Source: Verrucomicrobiota bacterium
GTDB taxonomy: Bacteria; Verrucomicrobiota; Verrucomicrobiia; Opitutales; Cerasicoccaceae
Direction: 5' to 3'
DNA: 64,000 bases
Assembly (NCBI GenBank): GCA_039818205.1
Contig: JBCBUK010000001.1
Span: forward strand, 128,001-192,000
Part shown: one piece after another, positions 7,878 to 17,809 of the stretch
Position numbering within the stretch: the first letter of the stretch is position 1
Layout of the letters: each line of letters starts with the position of its first letter
Notes under the pieces: generated by a model
Told to the model about the DNA's origin: nothing
Database searches by the model: none
What the model saw: only the letters and a program-made list of their open reading frames with translations
Translations under genes and position numbers: made by a program

Positions 7878-10607
7878 ATGATTAAAACCCTATCGAGCGT
7901 CGCGCTTACCCTTGGCCTAGTATGCCACGCGACCTATGCTGACACCCAGCGTCAGCTCCTGCCCCGCCTTGTCCCCGTCAACAACACTCAGCAAGTTTTT
8001 GAAAGCGAAGAGGCCTACCTAGTCATAAAGGTTAACAACGATGCTCATGTCGCAACCAATGACCTCTATTCATATTGTCCGCAACTTACCGCTCTCGCCT
8101 TAAGCCATGGCTTTGTTTTAGAGTCTCTCATCAAGGTTGATCCTGAGCGCTTACAAGCCCTCGGGGAACGCGGTGAAGCCCGTACCGGCAAAGAGCAAAC
8201 CAAGCTTAATACCTTTTTCCGGGGTGAGTTTGTCGAACAGCCTGCAATCGAAACGCTACAGCTTATTGCAGCAGCCATCGATGAACTCGAGACGGTTGAA
8301 TACTGCCATATCGCTTACAAAACGCTCATCCCCCCCGGCGCAGTGACCTCGGACACTCCGGACCTAACGGAATACCAAACCTATCGGAACGGCGAAGCAG
8401 GAGTAAATATTGACTATGCCTGGGACTTTGGAGCTGGCGGTTGGGGAGTCCGCCTGAGCGATGTGGAATTCTATTGGAACCTGGACCATGAGGACATCAT
8501 CGACGCCGGCATCCAGCAGGAGCCAAATCAAACCCCGCACCCGCTGACCCTGCAGTTTGTTCCTCATCACGGCCTTGGCGTTGTGGGAATTACCTCTGCA
8601 GTCCCCAATGAGTTCGGCATGACCGGCCTCGTCCCCGATGCCGAGGTATGGGTCTACCCAGAATTCACCATCGAAGGCGGTATTCGTCGCTTTGACGCCG
8701 TTGCGACCGCCATTGCAGACTCCCGTCCCGGGGATGTTGTCATGCTCGAGATGCAAACTCCCGGATTGACCGACGACCCAGCTGGCTTCGCTCCCGCGGA
8801 ACTCGAGTTGCCCCTGTGGGAAATTATTCGCGCAGGAACCGATGCGGGCGTTATTATCGTCGCAGTTGCGGGCAACGGAAATCAAGACCTCGATTCGCCG
8901 CTCTATGCGCCTTACATGGCACGCGGCGACAGCGGAGCAATCATGGTTGGCGCCGGAACACCCGACACCGAGCACAACCGATTGTTCTTCTCAAATTACG
9001 GAACTCGCGTAAACGCCCAAGGCTGGGGTTGGGATGTTGCCACTCTGGGTGAAGGCGACTTTATGATTTTTGAGGGTGACGAGAACCGCGCCTACACGAA
9101 CACCTTCAACGGCACCAGTTCGGCTACTCCGTTCGTCGCCGCAGCTTGTGTCTCGTTACAATCGCTTGCTCAGGAGGAACTCGGTCGACGCCTTTCTCCA
9201 GCGGAAATGCGCGATCTGATCACAACCACGGGAACCCCACAAGGAGACGGATTACACATCGGCCCGTTCATCAATATGAAATCCTCGATTGATGAGCTCC
9301 TGAGCCGCAACTGGGTTACCGCCATCAATTGCGGCGGTGAGGAGTTTATCTCTGCATCCGGAATCGTCTACGCTGAAGACACCGACTTTGACGGTGGATC
9401 GACGATCCAGGTGCTAGACGACATTGCCGATACACCTGATGATGCAGTCTTTGCTTCAGCGCGACAAGGCGAGTTCGAGTATGAGATCGAAGTCCCCAAA
9501 GGAGAATACGAGTTGGTGCTCCACTTTGCTGAGATCGCTGGTTCTCCCACGAGTTCGGTTACTGTTACTGCCGAGGGCGATACCATTGCCGAAAACCTCA
9601 ATATCGCAGATGAGGCTGGAGGCGCATTAACTGCGCTTACCTTGTCCGAGACTATTGTCATTCGTGACAAGGAGCTTGATCTTGAAGTCTCGGGCTTGGG
9701 TGCTTCGCTGTCGGGTTTCTATCTCCGTCCCGTTTCAGAAATAGTAGTAGCCGTTAACTGCGGCGGTAGCAACTACCGCTCTCGGAAAGGCATTACTTTC
9801 TCCACCGATAAATTCTACTCGGGCGGCAATAGCTTTGAGACCACAGACCGCATAAAGGAGACTGTTGATCAGCCAACTCATCAAACGGCACGTCAGGGCG
9901 AGTTTAGCTATAATGTGCCGGTGGAGAACGGTAGCTATGCCGTGGTCGCCCAATTTGCAGCAATTGATGAGACTCTCCTTGAAACCGATTCCATGACCCT
10001 TACCATCGAAGGCGATCCTGTCTTGGCCGACTTTTCCGTCATCGATTCGGCAAATGGAACCGACCGTGCCTATCGCACGGTATTGCCTGCCACCGTTACC
10101 GACGGAGTTCTGAGCCTGAAAATTGAAAGCACCAGCGGTAACGGCCAACTGAATGCTTTCTATATCAGCGAACTCGCTGAGGTTACGGTCGCGGTTAACA
10201 GTGGCGGCAGCTACTTGATCGATGACGACATCCTTTACTTTCCGGACTTTGGCTATACCGGCGGATCTACCTTTGGCCTACCAGCAAGATTTCTTGGGTT
10301 GTTCTTAAACTCCTCGGGACGTCAGGGAGATTTCAGTTATTCGGTCGATGTTCCCGATGGAGACTATGTCCTGACCCTAAATCTAGCGAATGCGAACGGA
10401 CATTTCGACCTAACAGTCGAAGGAGATGCGGTTCCGCTGGCCCGCCGAGCCCGCGGTGCTCGTAGCTTTGGCGCAGACCGTGAAATCGAAGTTCCAGTCA
10501 CCATCGAGGATGGTAACATCGATTTCCAGCTGGAATCGACTCGCCGAAGCGGAGCGAAACTCAACTCCTGGAAGTTGGTTGCGTTCAACAGCTCTGACAG
10601 AAGTTAG
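7878..10607 (+). CDS. Secreted S8 (subtilisin) serine peptidase with three C-terminal malectin-like domains
   Basis: Signal peptide; triad motifs DVEFYW, HHGLGVVG and FNGTSSATP; oxyanion AGNG; three repeats beginning AINCGG, AVNCGG and AVNSGG, with LHFAEI in the first. Confidence 0.88.
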   Translation: MIKTLSSVALTLGLVCHATYADTQRQLLPRLVPVNNTQQVFESEEAYLVIKVNNDAHVATNDLYSYCPQLTALALSHGFVLESLIKVDPERLQALGERGEARTGKEQTKLNTFFRGEFVEQPAIETLQLIAAAIDELETVEYCHIAYKTLIPPGAVTSDTPDLTEYQTYRNGEAGVNIDYAWDFGAGGWGVRLSDVEFYWNLDHEDIIDAGIQQEPNQTPHPLTLQFVPHHGLGVVGITSAVPNEFGMTGLVPDAEVWVYPEFTIEGGIRRFDAVATAIADSRPGDVVMLEMQTPGLTDDPAGFAPAELELPLWEIIRAGTDAGVIIVAVAGNGNQDLDSPLYAPYMARGDSGAIMVGAGTPDTEHNRLFFSNYGTRVNAQGWGWDVATLGEGDFMIFEGDENRAYTNTFNGTSSATPFVAAACVSLQSLAQEELGRRLSPAEMRDLITTTGTPQGDGLHIGPFINMKSSIDELLSRNWVTAINCGGEEFISASGIVYAEDTDFDGGSTIQVLDDIADTPDDAVFASARQGEFEYEIEVPKGEYELVLHFAEIAGSPTSSVTVTAEGDTIAENLNIADEAGGALTALTLSETIVIRDKELDLEVSGLGASLSGFYLRPVSEIVVAVNCGGSNYRSRKGITFSTDKFYSGGNSFETTDRIKETVDQPTHQTARQGEFSYNVPVENGSYAVVAQFAAIDETLLETDSMTLTIEGDPVLADFSVIDSANGTDRAYRTVLPATVTDGVLSLKIESTSGNGQLNAFYISELAEVTVAVNSGGSYLIDDDILYFPDFGYTGGSTFGLPARFLGLFLNSSGRQGDFSYSVDVPDGDYVLTLNLANANGHFDLTVEGDAVPLARRARGARSFGADREIEVPVTIEDGNIDFQLESTRRSGAKLNSWKLVAFNSSDRS

Positions 10608-10622
10608 TTCATATCACCAGCG

Positions 10623-10655
10623 GATTGGGGCGGTCCAACATAGACCGCCTCAATC
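10623..10655 (+). terminator. Stem-loop after S8 peptidase gene
   Basis: GATTGGGGCGGTC-caacata-GACCGCCTCAATC inverted repeat; no clear U tract. Confidence 0.5.
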
Positions 10656-10749
10656 GTAAGCCTGCTGGCAGAAAAACAGGAAAACTAGTCGGGTTGAAAA
10701 AATCCTGAACATTCGGAAAGGAAATCAACAAGCCTGCGACTACTACCCT

Positions 10750-11217
10750 ATGAATTGCAGTCGGAAGCACCTTAGTCGTCGCCGTGGTTTCACCTTGATT
10801 GAGCTAATGGTGGCCGTGGTAGTTCTCGGAGTTATATTGGCGATTGCGGTGCCAGGATTCATCCGGCTGAGGGAAGCAAGCCAAGCCGCCAGTCTTGCCA
10901 ATGATTTCCGGGTGTTCTCACACGCAATCCATGAATTCCATATTCTTGAAGGAGATTGGCCGCACCCAAACAGCAATCCCGGCGAATTTCCCGACGGAAT
11001 GGATGGCTTTCTTTCTAGTAGCTGGACCCGGATGGCCCCCATTGGCGGCTACTATTTCTTTGAGCATCAGCCCGGCGGTGATGCACAACTTGTGCTGCGA
11101 GCCGATCGTATCAACGACCACATTGTTGAGCTCGTTGACAAGAAGTTAGACGATGGAAACCCAGCGACCGGCCAATTAGTCGGCAATGGCCAAGAGATCG
11201 TCTTCAGGTTTCTTTAG
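10750..11217 (+). CDS. Prepilin-type N-terminal cleavage/methylation domain protein (type IV pilin / pseudopilin-like)
   Basis: RRRG|FTLIELMVAVVVLGVILAIAVP class III signal; C-terminal VDKKLDDG motif. Confidence 0.88.
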   Translation: MNCSRKHLSRRRGFTLIELMVAVVVLGVILAIAVPGFIRLREASQAASLANDFRVFSHAIHEFHILEGDWPHPNSNPGEFPDGMDGFLSSSWTRMAPIGGYYFFEHQPGGDAQLVLRADRINDHIVELVDKKLDDGNPATGQLVGNGQEIVFRFL

Positions 11218-11536
11218 TCCCGGGATTCCTGTATAAGTATCTAGTATCGGCTTGCGAAGGCAACATATGAACATTGTCGCGTTGGTCTGATTTTCGGCGC
11301 CTCAAATTGCCTTGCCAACTGCAGACGTGGGAACCCTTCCCCATCCTACCTGACTAGATTTCCTAAGCAATTGGCCAATCAAGCCCAAAGCTGAATGAGG
11401 CTCCCACAGGAGTTAAATAAATACTTAACCCTAGTCCCGTTGATTGAAGCGTAAATTGGACTCTTTGATCCAAAGTATACTCTAAGCCTCGAACGGATTA
11501 GCTCGCTCGTCAAACAAACGAGGAGGTGGGAGTTAG

Positions 11537-11701
11537 GTGGCACGAGGTGGAAAATTTTTAGCCTTAGTCATTTCGTTTTATTGGATCTATCGAATTTTTG
11601 AACCATCCGAATCCCGCATCAATAAAAGGATTGGTTCGATATCCACCTTTTTCCCGAATAAATCTACAATATTTATGACTAAAACCGCCAATCGAAAGTA
11701 A
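11537..11701 (+). CDS. Putative 54-aa small membrane protein (below the ORF-track cutoff)
   Basis: AGGAGGT at 11521-11527, GTG at 11537, TAA at 11699-11701. Product MARGGKFLALVISFYWIYRIFEPSESRINKRIGSISTFFPNKSTIFMTKTANRK. Confidence 0.3.
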   Translation: MARGGKFLALVISFYWIYRIFEPSESRINKRIGSISTFFPNKSTIFMTKTANRK

Positions 11702-11831
11702 TATAGGTATGACAGGTATCTGTTATGCGTTCGAAGGTTAGGTTGAACGCAGATAGTAGCCCGTTGCTTACCCACCTCCCGCCAAGAATATAATCCCACC
11801 TCCCGCCTGGAATCTACGGGGTTATCAATAA

Positions 11832-11870
11832 TCAATCGGCCAGTTCTAGAACTGGCCGATTGAGTTTTTA
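11832..11870 (+). terminator. Intrinsic terminator (32-bp perfect palindrome plus T tract)
   Basis: TCAATCGGCCAGTTCTAGAACTGGCCGATTGA followed by GTTTTTA. Confidence 0.7.
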
Positions 11871-12153
11871 TGGGTATGACGCGATAGACACTGTTGAGTC
11901 CTTGCTATCGAAAATTGCCAACATATACCAAATGCGACATGAGATCTTTCGCCAACGTAGCTTGCGACTGAAAATCAATTAGCAAAGAACTGTTTAATTG
12001 TCTTACGTCCACGACTACCTGCTTGATTCAGGAACTTTCAAGCTCCTCGCAGCGCCTACCAAAAGATAACTAGTTATGGCGTGAAGCATCTCAAATATCC
12101 GTATAGATTCATGGGAGTATTTCTAAAATCCCACCGCATGATTTTCCTTGCTG

Positions 12154-13665
12154 ATGCCGTTACCAAAAATCTTTCCGATACTAATGACGCTTGCTCCACT
12201 GTGGGGATCTAGCGCCTCCGCAACCACCGACCCTGCGCCCGTGCGGCCCAATATTATTTGGATCATGGCTGAGGACATCGGTACCGACCTAGCCTGCTAC
12301 GGAACTGCTGGGGTTAGAACGCCGAACTTGGACCGCATGGCTGCCGAGGGGGCGCTATTTACCAAAGCCTATTGTTCGAACCCCATATGCTCACCGAATC
12401 GCTCGGCTATGATGGTCGGAGCCCATCAGAATGAGTTCGATGCTCAGCATCACCGGAGCAATCGCAATAAGCCATTGCTCGGCCCCTACAAACCGATTAC
12501 CTACTGGTTACGCGAATCCGGCTACACGTGCATTCTTGGAAGCAGCGACGTCCGCGGAAGAGGCCAGAAAATCGATTGCAATTTCAAATGCACGGCGACT
12601 GGCCCCTACGACGGCGAGACGCAGTTCGGGTTGTTCGACAAGGTTGGCGACTTTGAAGCAAACGACCGACCCTTCTTCAACCAGATCCAGCTAAACGTGA
12701 CGCACCGCGGCGATTGGTGGAACCAAATCCGACGCGATTCTGAAAACCCCGTCTCCATGGACGCCATTCAGCTACCGCTCTACCTCGCGGATACGCCGCA
12801 GATTCGGTATGACTGGGCTGCCTACCTGGACACGATTGAATACATGGACAACGAAGTTGGGCGCCTGTTTGAGAGGCTCGAACGAGAAGGACTAGTGGAT
12901 AACACAATCGTTATATTTGTCGGAGACAATGGGCGATGTAATCTACGCGGCAAAGGCTATCTCCACGAACCGGGAATCCACGTTCCGTTGATTATATGGG
13001 CGCCCGATATCTATCAGCCCGGAACCGTGATTGAAGGGCTCGTTTGCACGACTGACATCGCGGCAAGTGTCCTTAACCTCGCTGGCATTGAGTTACCAGA
13101 CTACGTAACCGGACGTCCGTTCATCGGAGTTATTGACCCGCAATATCGCGACTATGTTTATTCCGCGCGCGACATTTGGGACGAGATCGATGAGGCGTGC
13201 CGGAGCATCACTACGAAACGCTGGAAATACATTCGCAACTACATGCCAGAGGTCCCCTGGGAGGCAGACCAAGCGTACTTGGACCTAAACCGTCCCGCGC
13301 TCCACGTGATGCGACAACTCAACGAGGAAGGCCGACTCGATGCCAATCAACAGATATTCTTTGCCGATCAAAAACCAGCGGAAGAACTTTACGACCTCGA
13401 AGGGGATCCTCAGGAGCTCTACAACCTTGCCCCACTTCCTGCCTACCAAGGAACTCTAGAGGACATGCGTGGGCATATGGCGGAGTGGCAGGCAAACCAT
13501 CGCGATTACGGCCTTGAAGATCTCGGCCAGCGCACTCCCGACCCCAACATGCGTTCGGTGCTGGTTCGCGAGGCAGCCCAGTCACAAGCACCCGAACTTT
13601 GGCAACGTTTGGAAAGTGGGGAGTTGATGGAAACCCAAAGCTGGAAGCGCTTCATCGAACCGTAG
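12154..13665 (+). CDS. Secreted formylglycine-dependent sulfatase (family S1)
   Basis: Signal peptide; RPNIIWIMAED, CSPNRSAMMVG (CxPxR), GDNG, RGKG and EELYDLEGDPQELYNLA. Confidence 0.95.
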   Translation: MPLPKIFPILMTLAPLWGSSASATTDPAPVRPNIIWIMAEDIGTDLACYGTAGVRTPNLDRMAAEGALFTKAYCSNPICSPNRSAMMVGAHQNEFDAQHHRSNRNKPLLGPYKPITYWLRESGYTCILGSSDVRGRGQKIDCNFKCTATGPYDGETQFGLFDKVGDFEANDRPFFNQIQLNVTHRGDWWNQIRRDSENPVSMDAIQLPLYLADTPQIRYDWAAYLDTIEYMDNEVGRLFERLEREGLVDNTIVIFVGDNGRCNLRGKGYLHEPGIHVPLIIWAPDIYQPGTVIEGLVCTTDIAASVLNLAGIELPDYVTGRPFIGVIDPQYRDYVYSARDIWDEIDEACRSITTKRWKYIRNYMPEVPWEADQAYLDLNRPALHVMRQLNEEGRLDANQQIFFADQKPAEELYDLEGDPQELYNLAPLPAYQGTLEDMRGHMAEWQANHRDYGLEDLGQRTPDPNMRSVLVREAAQSQAPELWQRLESGELMETQSWKRFIEP

Positions 13666-13763
13666 ATGCCTGTGCGTTGAAAGCAAGAGAGCGCAGCCGA
13701 TATTGGCCACGCTCTCAGAAAAAGTCTGTCACTCAGCAAGTGCCAAGCAAGAAGCATGGGCTA

Positions 13764-14723
13764 TTATTCCTTGTATTTGAACGGCCGACGCTTTGCATTA
13801 GTGTCAGTTGGGAAATCATCTGGAATCGGAATCGTTACCTCACCAGTTGCTGCCCATTCGGTTCCGCGGAGCAAGGTGGTGATGAATCCGACGCCTTCAA
13901 ACGCAGGGGTGTCATGACCGAGTGTCGTGTGGAAAACACGTCCTTCACCAAACTCCAAAGCCATCAGAACCGGCTCATGGCGATCGGTCGGCGCATTCTC
14001 GTTTTGATCTTTACCAGTTGCCAACACCGCCATGTTCTCTGCGGGTCCGCGCAACTTTGCGTAGCATTCATCATTGGTCGTCAACCACACAGTCGGCATG
14101 TCTTGTGTAATTGGATGGTAGGGATCACGAATGGTTATCGGAAACTTGTGAACGGGACCATGGGCTCCAGCACCGCCGGGCGAATTGTCATGGACGAGCT
14201 CGCCATCGTTAGTGTAGTAAACATAGGGGCCATCTTTCTCGTTTCGGCCTCCCCAGCCACCGATGCCAATCATCTCATTGTAGGCTTCCCATCCCGGGAA
14301 ACTATTGTCGGCAGCATGAACGGAAACAAATCCACCACCGGTGCCAACAAACTCTTCAAAAGCGCGCTGAGTTTCTTTCGGCCAAGGTGCCGCTTTCCAA
14401 CCAAAGTTTGAAATGACGACATCGTAGTCTTTGAAACTAGGCATAAAATCCGGATCAGTTTTGGGATTTTGAACGGCTTCAGCCTCGCCGGTCTCTGCGA
14501 GCGGCAAGTATGACTGCTCACGGAACGATTTCCAGATATACTTCGTGCGATCGACATCGACGTCAAACAGACCCGTCTCCTCAAGGTACTGCTTCATCAT
14601 GATCGTCGATTTTGGCCAAACCGCATGGTTATTCTGACCATCAATAATCAAAACCTTGATTTTATCACTGGCGACGGCGCTGCCTGCCGCGACTAGAAGG
14701 AGTAATATTAGAATGTTTTTCAT
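13764..14723 (-). CDS. ThuA domain-containing secreted protein
   Basis: Signal peptide MKNILILLLL..AVA; KVLIIDGQNNH, GGGFVSVHAADN, DECY and GRVFHTTLGH. Confidence 0.88.
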   Translation of the reverse strand: MKNILILLLLVAAGSAVASDKIKVLIIDGQNNHAVWPKSTIMMKQYLEETGLFDVDVDRTKYIWKSFREQSYLPLAETGEAEAVQNPKTDPDFMPSFKDYDVVISNFGWKAAPWPKETQRAFEEFVGTGGGFVSVHAADNSFPGWEAYNEMIGIGGWGGRNEKDGPYVYYTNDGELVHDNSPGGAGAHGPVHKFPITIRDPYHPITQDMPTVWLTTNDECYAKLRGPAENMAVLATGKDQNENAPTDRHEPVLMALEFGEGRVFHTTLGHDTPAFEGVGFITTLLRGTEWAATGEVTIPIPDDFPTDTNAKRRPFKYKE

Positions 14724-14883
14724 AGATTGCTCTTGAGTTCCTAGAAGGATCATACGAATAAATCGCGCTTCCAAGCAAAATATCTAACGATACCAATGCC
14801 AGAAAAATTCGGATAAAGTGCGCCGAAAAGCCCCCAAAGCACACCGTCAACGGGAGTAAAGCGGCTCCTTTGGCCCGCCAGGC

Positions 14884-16584
14884 CTACCAGAACATTAGAT
14901 AGAGGACCACGGTTAGCAGGACGACTCCTACCCCGCACATTTTGGCAAATGGTGACGACGTGACGTCAATCTCCTTGTTTACTGGCATCTCGACGGGTTC
15001 CTTCAGTGGGGTAAACAGGGTCAAGGCAACGCCAGTCAGTACTACCACGATCAGGGTAATCGACATGCGGATCAGGAAGGCGACGTCACCCGCAAACAGT
15101 AGCAATGCCCCGTAAACAACAACACTGGTGATAATGCCAATCTTACCGAAGCTGCGAGGCGTCTTGGGGGAGAAGAAGCCAAAGATGAATACCGTTAGAA
15201 ATCCTGGAGAAATGAACCCCTGAAACTCCTGAATGTAGGCAAAGATACTGCGGAAGTTGTCCAGATAGGGAGCAACCAGAGCGGCGATCAAAGCGAATCC
15301 AACTACCATACCGCGACCGACTTTGACCAACCGTGCCTGATTCTTGTCATTAGCGACCTTTGAATAGAGGTCGATCGTCGCCAGGGTCGAGGCGGAGTTC
15401 AGCATAGAAGCGAGCGAGCTGATCACCGCCCCACATAACGCTGCCAAAACGAACCAGGAAATCAGCGGGATGGGTTTGATCAAATTTCGGACCAATACCG
15501 GAAAGGCGCGGTCATAGTCATATTCTCCCGTGGAACTATTGAGGAGATCTCCACTGAAAAGGTTGTAACATATGATGCCAGGTATCACTACCAGGAACGG
15601 GATAAGCAGCTTAAGAAAGGCTGCAAAAACAATTCCCTTCTGGCCTTCCGCCAGAGATTTGGCACCGAGCGTTCGCTGAACGATAAACTGATTCAATCCC
15701 CAGTAGAAGAAATTTGGAATCCAGATGCCGAGCAAAAGTGCTGTCCACGGCATATCGGGATCGTTCGCCGGGCGAATCATGTGCAATTTACCACCGGCTC
15801 CATTTACACCTACGATTGCAACACCTTCACCGTCAACCCCATCATTCAGCAGCACAAAACGCTCCCACGGACCAGCGTTTTCAAGGTCCTCAACAGTCGC
15901 GTTCGAATTAGCGACTTTGGATTCAATCAATTCTTCGGCCGGTTTTTCCGCCAGGTAATGGAACGCCATCACCGAGACAATAATACCCCCAACAATCAAG
16001 GCAGCTCCCCAAATGAGATCTGTCCAGGCACACGCCTTCAATCCACCAATAAACACGTATACTGCTGCCAATATTGCGATCGCCCAACACATCGCTGGCA
16101 AACTGCTCAAAATCGGAACGTCGTTATAGTATTCGGAAACAAACTTTGCACCGGAAAAAATCACCGTGGACGTGTTAACTAACACCAACGTGATCACCGC
16201 AGGAATCGACATCGCCAAACGCGCGACGCCATCATACCGATACTCCAAGAACTCAGGAATTGTGTAGAGCCCACATTTTAGAAAACGGGGCAAAAACCAA
16301 AAAGCCACAACGACCAACGTGATCGCGGCAATCCATTCCCACGCGGCAATCGCCAGGCCTTGCCGATCGGCCGCGCCGCCCGACATGCCGACAAACTGTT
16401 CGGTCGAGATATTCGCGGCGATTAGCGAGAACCCAACTAACCACCAAGTTAGGCCTCGGCCCGCCAAAAAGTAATCGGAAGCTCCCTTCTCCCCGTCGGT
16501 TTCCTCATCGCGGCTTTTCCAAATTCCCAGCGCAATGACGCCAATAACAGCAGAGATAAACAGGACAATTTCTAATACGTTCAT
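14884..16584 (-). CDS. Sodium:solute symporter (SSS/SLC5, sugar type)
   Basis: YFLAGRGLTWW, AANISTEQFVGMSG, YWGLNQFIVQRTLGAKS; about 14 TM helices. Confidence 0.95.
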   Translation of the reverse strand: MNVLEIVLFISAVIGVIALGIWKSRDEETDGEKGASDYFLAGRGLTWWLVGFSLIAANISTEQFVGMSGGAADRQGLAIAAWEWIAAITLVVVAFWFLPRFLKCGLYTIPEFLEYRYDGVARLAMSIPAVITLVLVNTSTVIFSGAKFVSEYYNDVPILSSLPAMCWAIAILAAVYVFIGGLKACAWTDLIWGAALIVGGIIVSVMAFHYLAEKPAEELIESKVANSNATVEDLENAGPWERFVLLNDGVDGEGVAIVGVNGAGGKLHMIRPANDPDMPWTALLLGIWIPNFFYWGLNQFIVQRTLGAKSLAEGQKGIVFAAFLKLLIPFLVVIPGIICYNLFSGDLLNSSTGEYDYDRAFPVLVRNLIKPIPLISWFVLAALCGAVISSLASMLNSASTLATIDLYSKVANDKNQARLVKVGRGMVVGFALIAALVAPYLDNFRSIFAYIQEFQGFISPGFLTVFIFGFFSPKTPRSFGKIGIITSVVVYGALLLFAGDVAFLIRMSITLIVVVLTGVALTLFTPLKEPVEMPVNKEIDVTSSPFAKMCGVGVVLLTVVLYLMFW

Positions 16585-16709
16585 CGGTAGTAGATTGAGA
16601 TCAATAAAGTAGAGTGCGCCTAAAGGCTTCCAGCCGACGCGCGGTTAGATGAGGGGTATCTCAAGGAGGCAGCCTCAAGCATCACCCTGAGTCCGGGAGA
16701 TGACAAGCA

Positions 16710-16740
16710 ATAATCCCTCCAGCCACACCGGAGGGATTAT
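16710..16740 (-). terminator. Stem-loop between DUF1080 and SSS genes
   Basis: ATAATCCCTCC-N9-GGAGGGATTAT 11-bp stem. Confidence 0.55.
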
Positions 16741-16790
16741 AAAATAGACTTCACAATCAACCGACGAATTGTCGGACCAATTGACCGTTG

Positions 16791-17639
16791 CTAGTTACTA
16801 TCGGAACGGAAGCGTACCTTCTCAGCAATCGCTGGCGGAAAGGCATCAATATTCTTCAACTCGATGTCTTTGTAATCAATCTCAGCCGCTTCGGACTGCA
16901 ATTGAATCTGCCCGGATACCAAGGGCGTTCCATCTTGCTTGGTTGCATCTTCGATGACCATCACAATTTCACCATTAACTACATGAACTGCGTCATTGCC
17001 GATAACGTATAGGTCGAGTTGATTCCACTCACCGTATGGTTTCTCGGCGTCGTGGGATTTTGTTACATAATAGGCATTCACATATTCCTCAGCTTCTGGA
17101 TCGTAGAGCTGCCGTTTCTCCAAATTTTTTCCTCTCACAAAGGCTTTCACGCCTCCCAGGGGAATGAAGTCACCGAAATCGGTCTCTTGAATCTGGAACT
17201 CCATACACGCTTTCCAAACCTGCCAAAACTTCCCGTGCTCGCCGTAGCAATTGTAGAGCAATCCAGAGTCGCGCTTTGCGTTCAAACGCGGTTCCCACTT
17301 CTTTTCTCCCCAGCGAACCTTCATGCGCAAATGGTAATTCGCATAATCCTCCAAGGTGGTTATTCCGCCATAAATCTCGCCCGAAACGCGAAGGATTAAT
17401 TCGTCGCCCTCTTCAACAATCGTAAAGACGCCCTTAACGTCGTTATCGAGTCCCATCGGGGTGCCCTTGTGCACATTATCCGACTGGTAGGTCCCCTCGG
17501 GCAATCCAACAACCGTGGCATGCGGAACGCCCATCCAAATCTCAAACTTGGAAAGTTCTGGATCAAGCAATGATTCCCAATCATCCGCGAACAAGGAGCT
17601 GGAAAAAAGAAGGGTAACGAATATTAGGATTTTACGCAT
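16791..17639 (-). CDS. DUF1080 / 3-keto-glycoside hydrolase-family secreted protein
   Basis: Signal peptide; RDSGLLY, MEFQIQE, EKPYGEWN, VHVVNG and GQIQLQSEAAEIDYKDI. Confidence 0.88.
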   Translation of the reverse strand: MRKILIFVTLLFSSSLFADDWESLLDPELSKFEIWMGVPHATVVGLPEGTYQSDNVHKGTPMGLDNDVKGVFTIVEEGDELILRVSGEIYGGITTLEDYANYHLRMKVRWGEKKWEPRLNAKRDSGLLYNCYGEHGKFWQVWKACMEFQIQETDFGDFIPLGGVKAFVRGKNLEKRQLYDPEAEEYVNAYYVTKSHDAEKPYGEWNQLDLYVIGNDAVHVVNGEIVMVIEDATKQDGTPLVSGQIQLQSEAAEIDYKDIELKNIDAFPPAIAEKVRFRSDSN

Positions 17640-17809
17640 AACAAAGACCGGTAAGCTAGAGCCACAATTAACGCAACGCGAATTTTTCCGCGAAGCCGGG
17701 TTCCACGATCAGTTCAGGATATCCATAGATATAGTTTAGGAAGGAACTGGCGCATTGACTTAGCCGGTGAATCCAGACTACCAAAGAGACGTCATCTACC
17801 CTATTATAC

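Noticed and set aside
11587..11835. 82-aa minus-strand ORF in the AT-rich gap
   Set aside because: Non-ATG start inside the terminator palindrome, with no RBS and no motifs; the plus-strand reading has better signals.
13599..14411. 270-aa plus-strand ORF
   Set aside because: Antisense shadow of the well-supported ThuA gene; no recognisable motifs.
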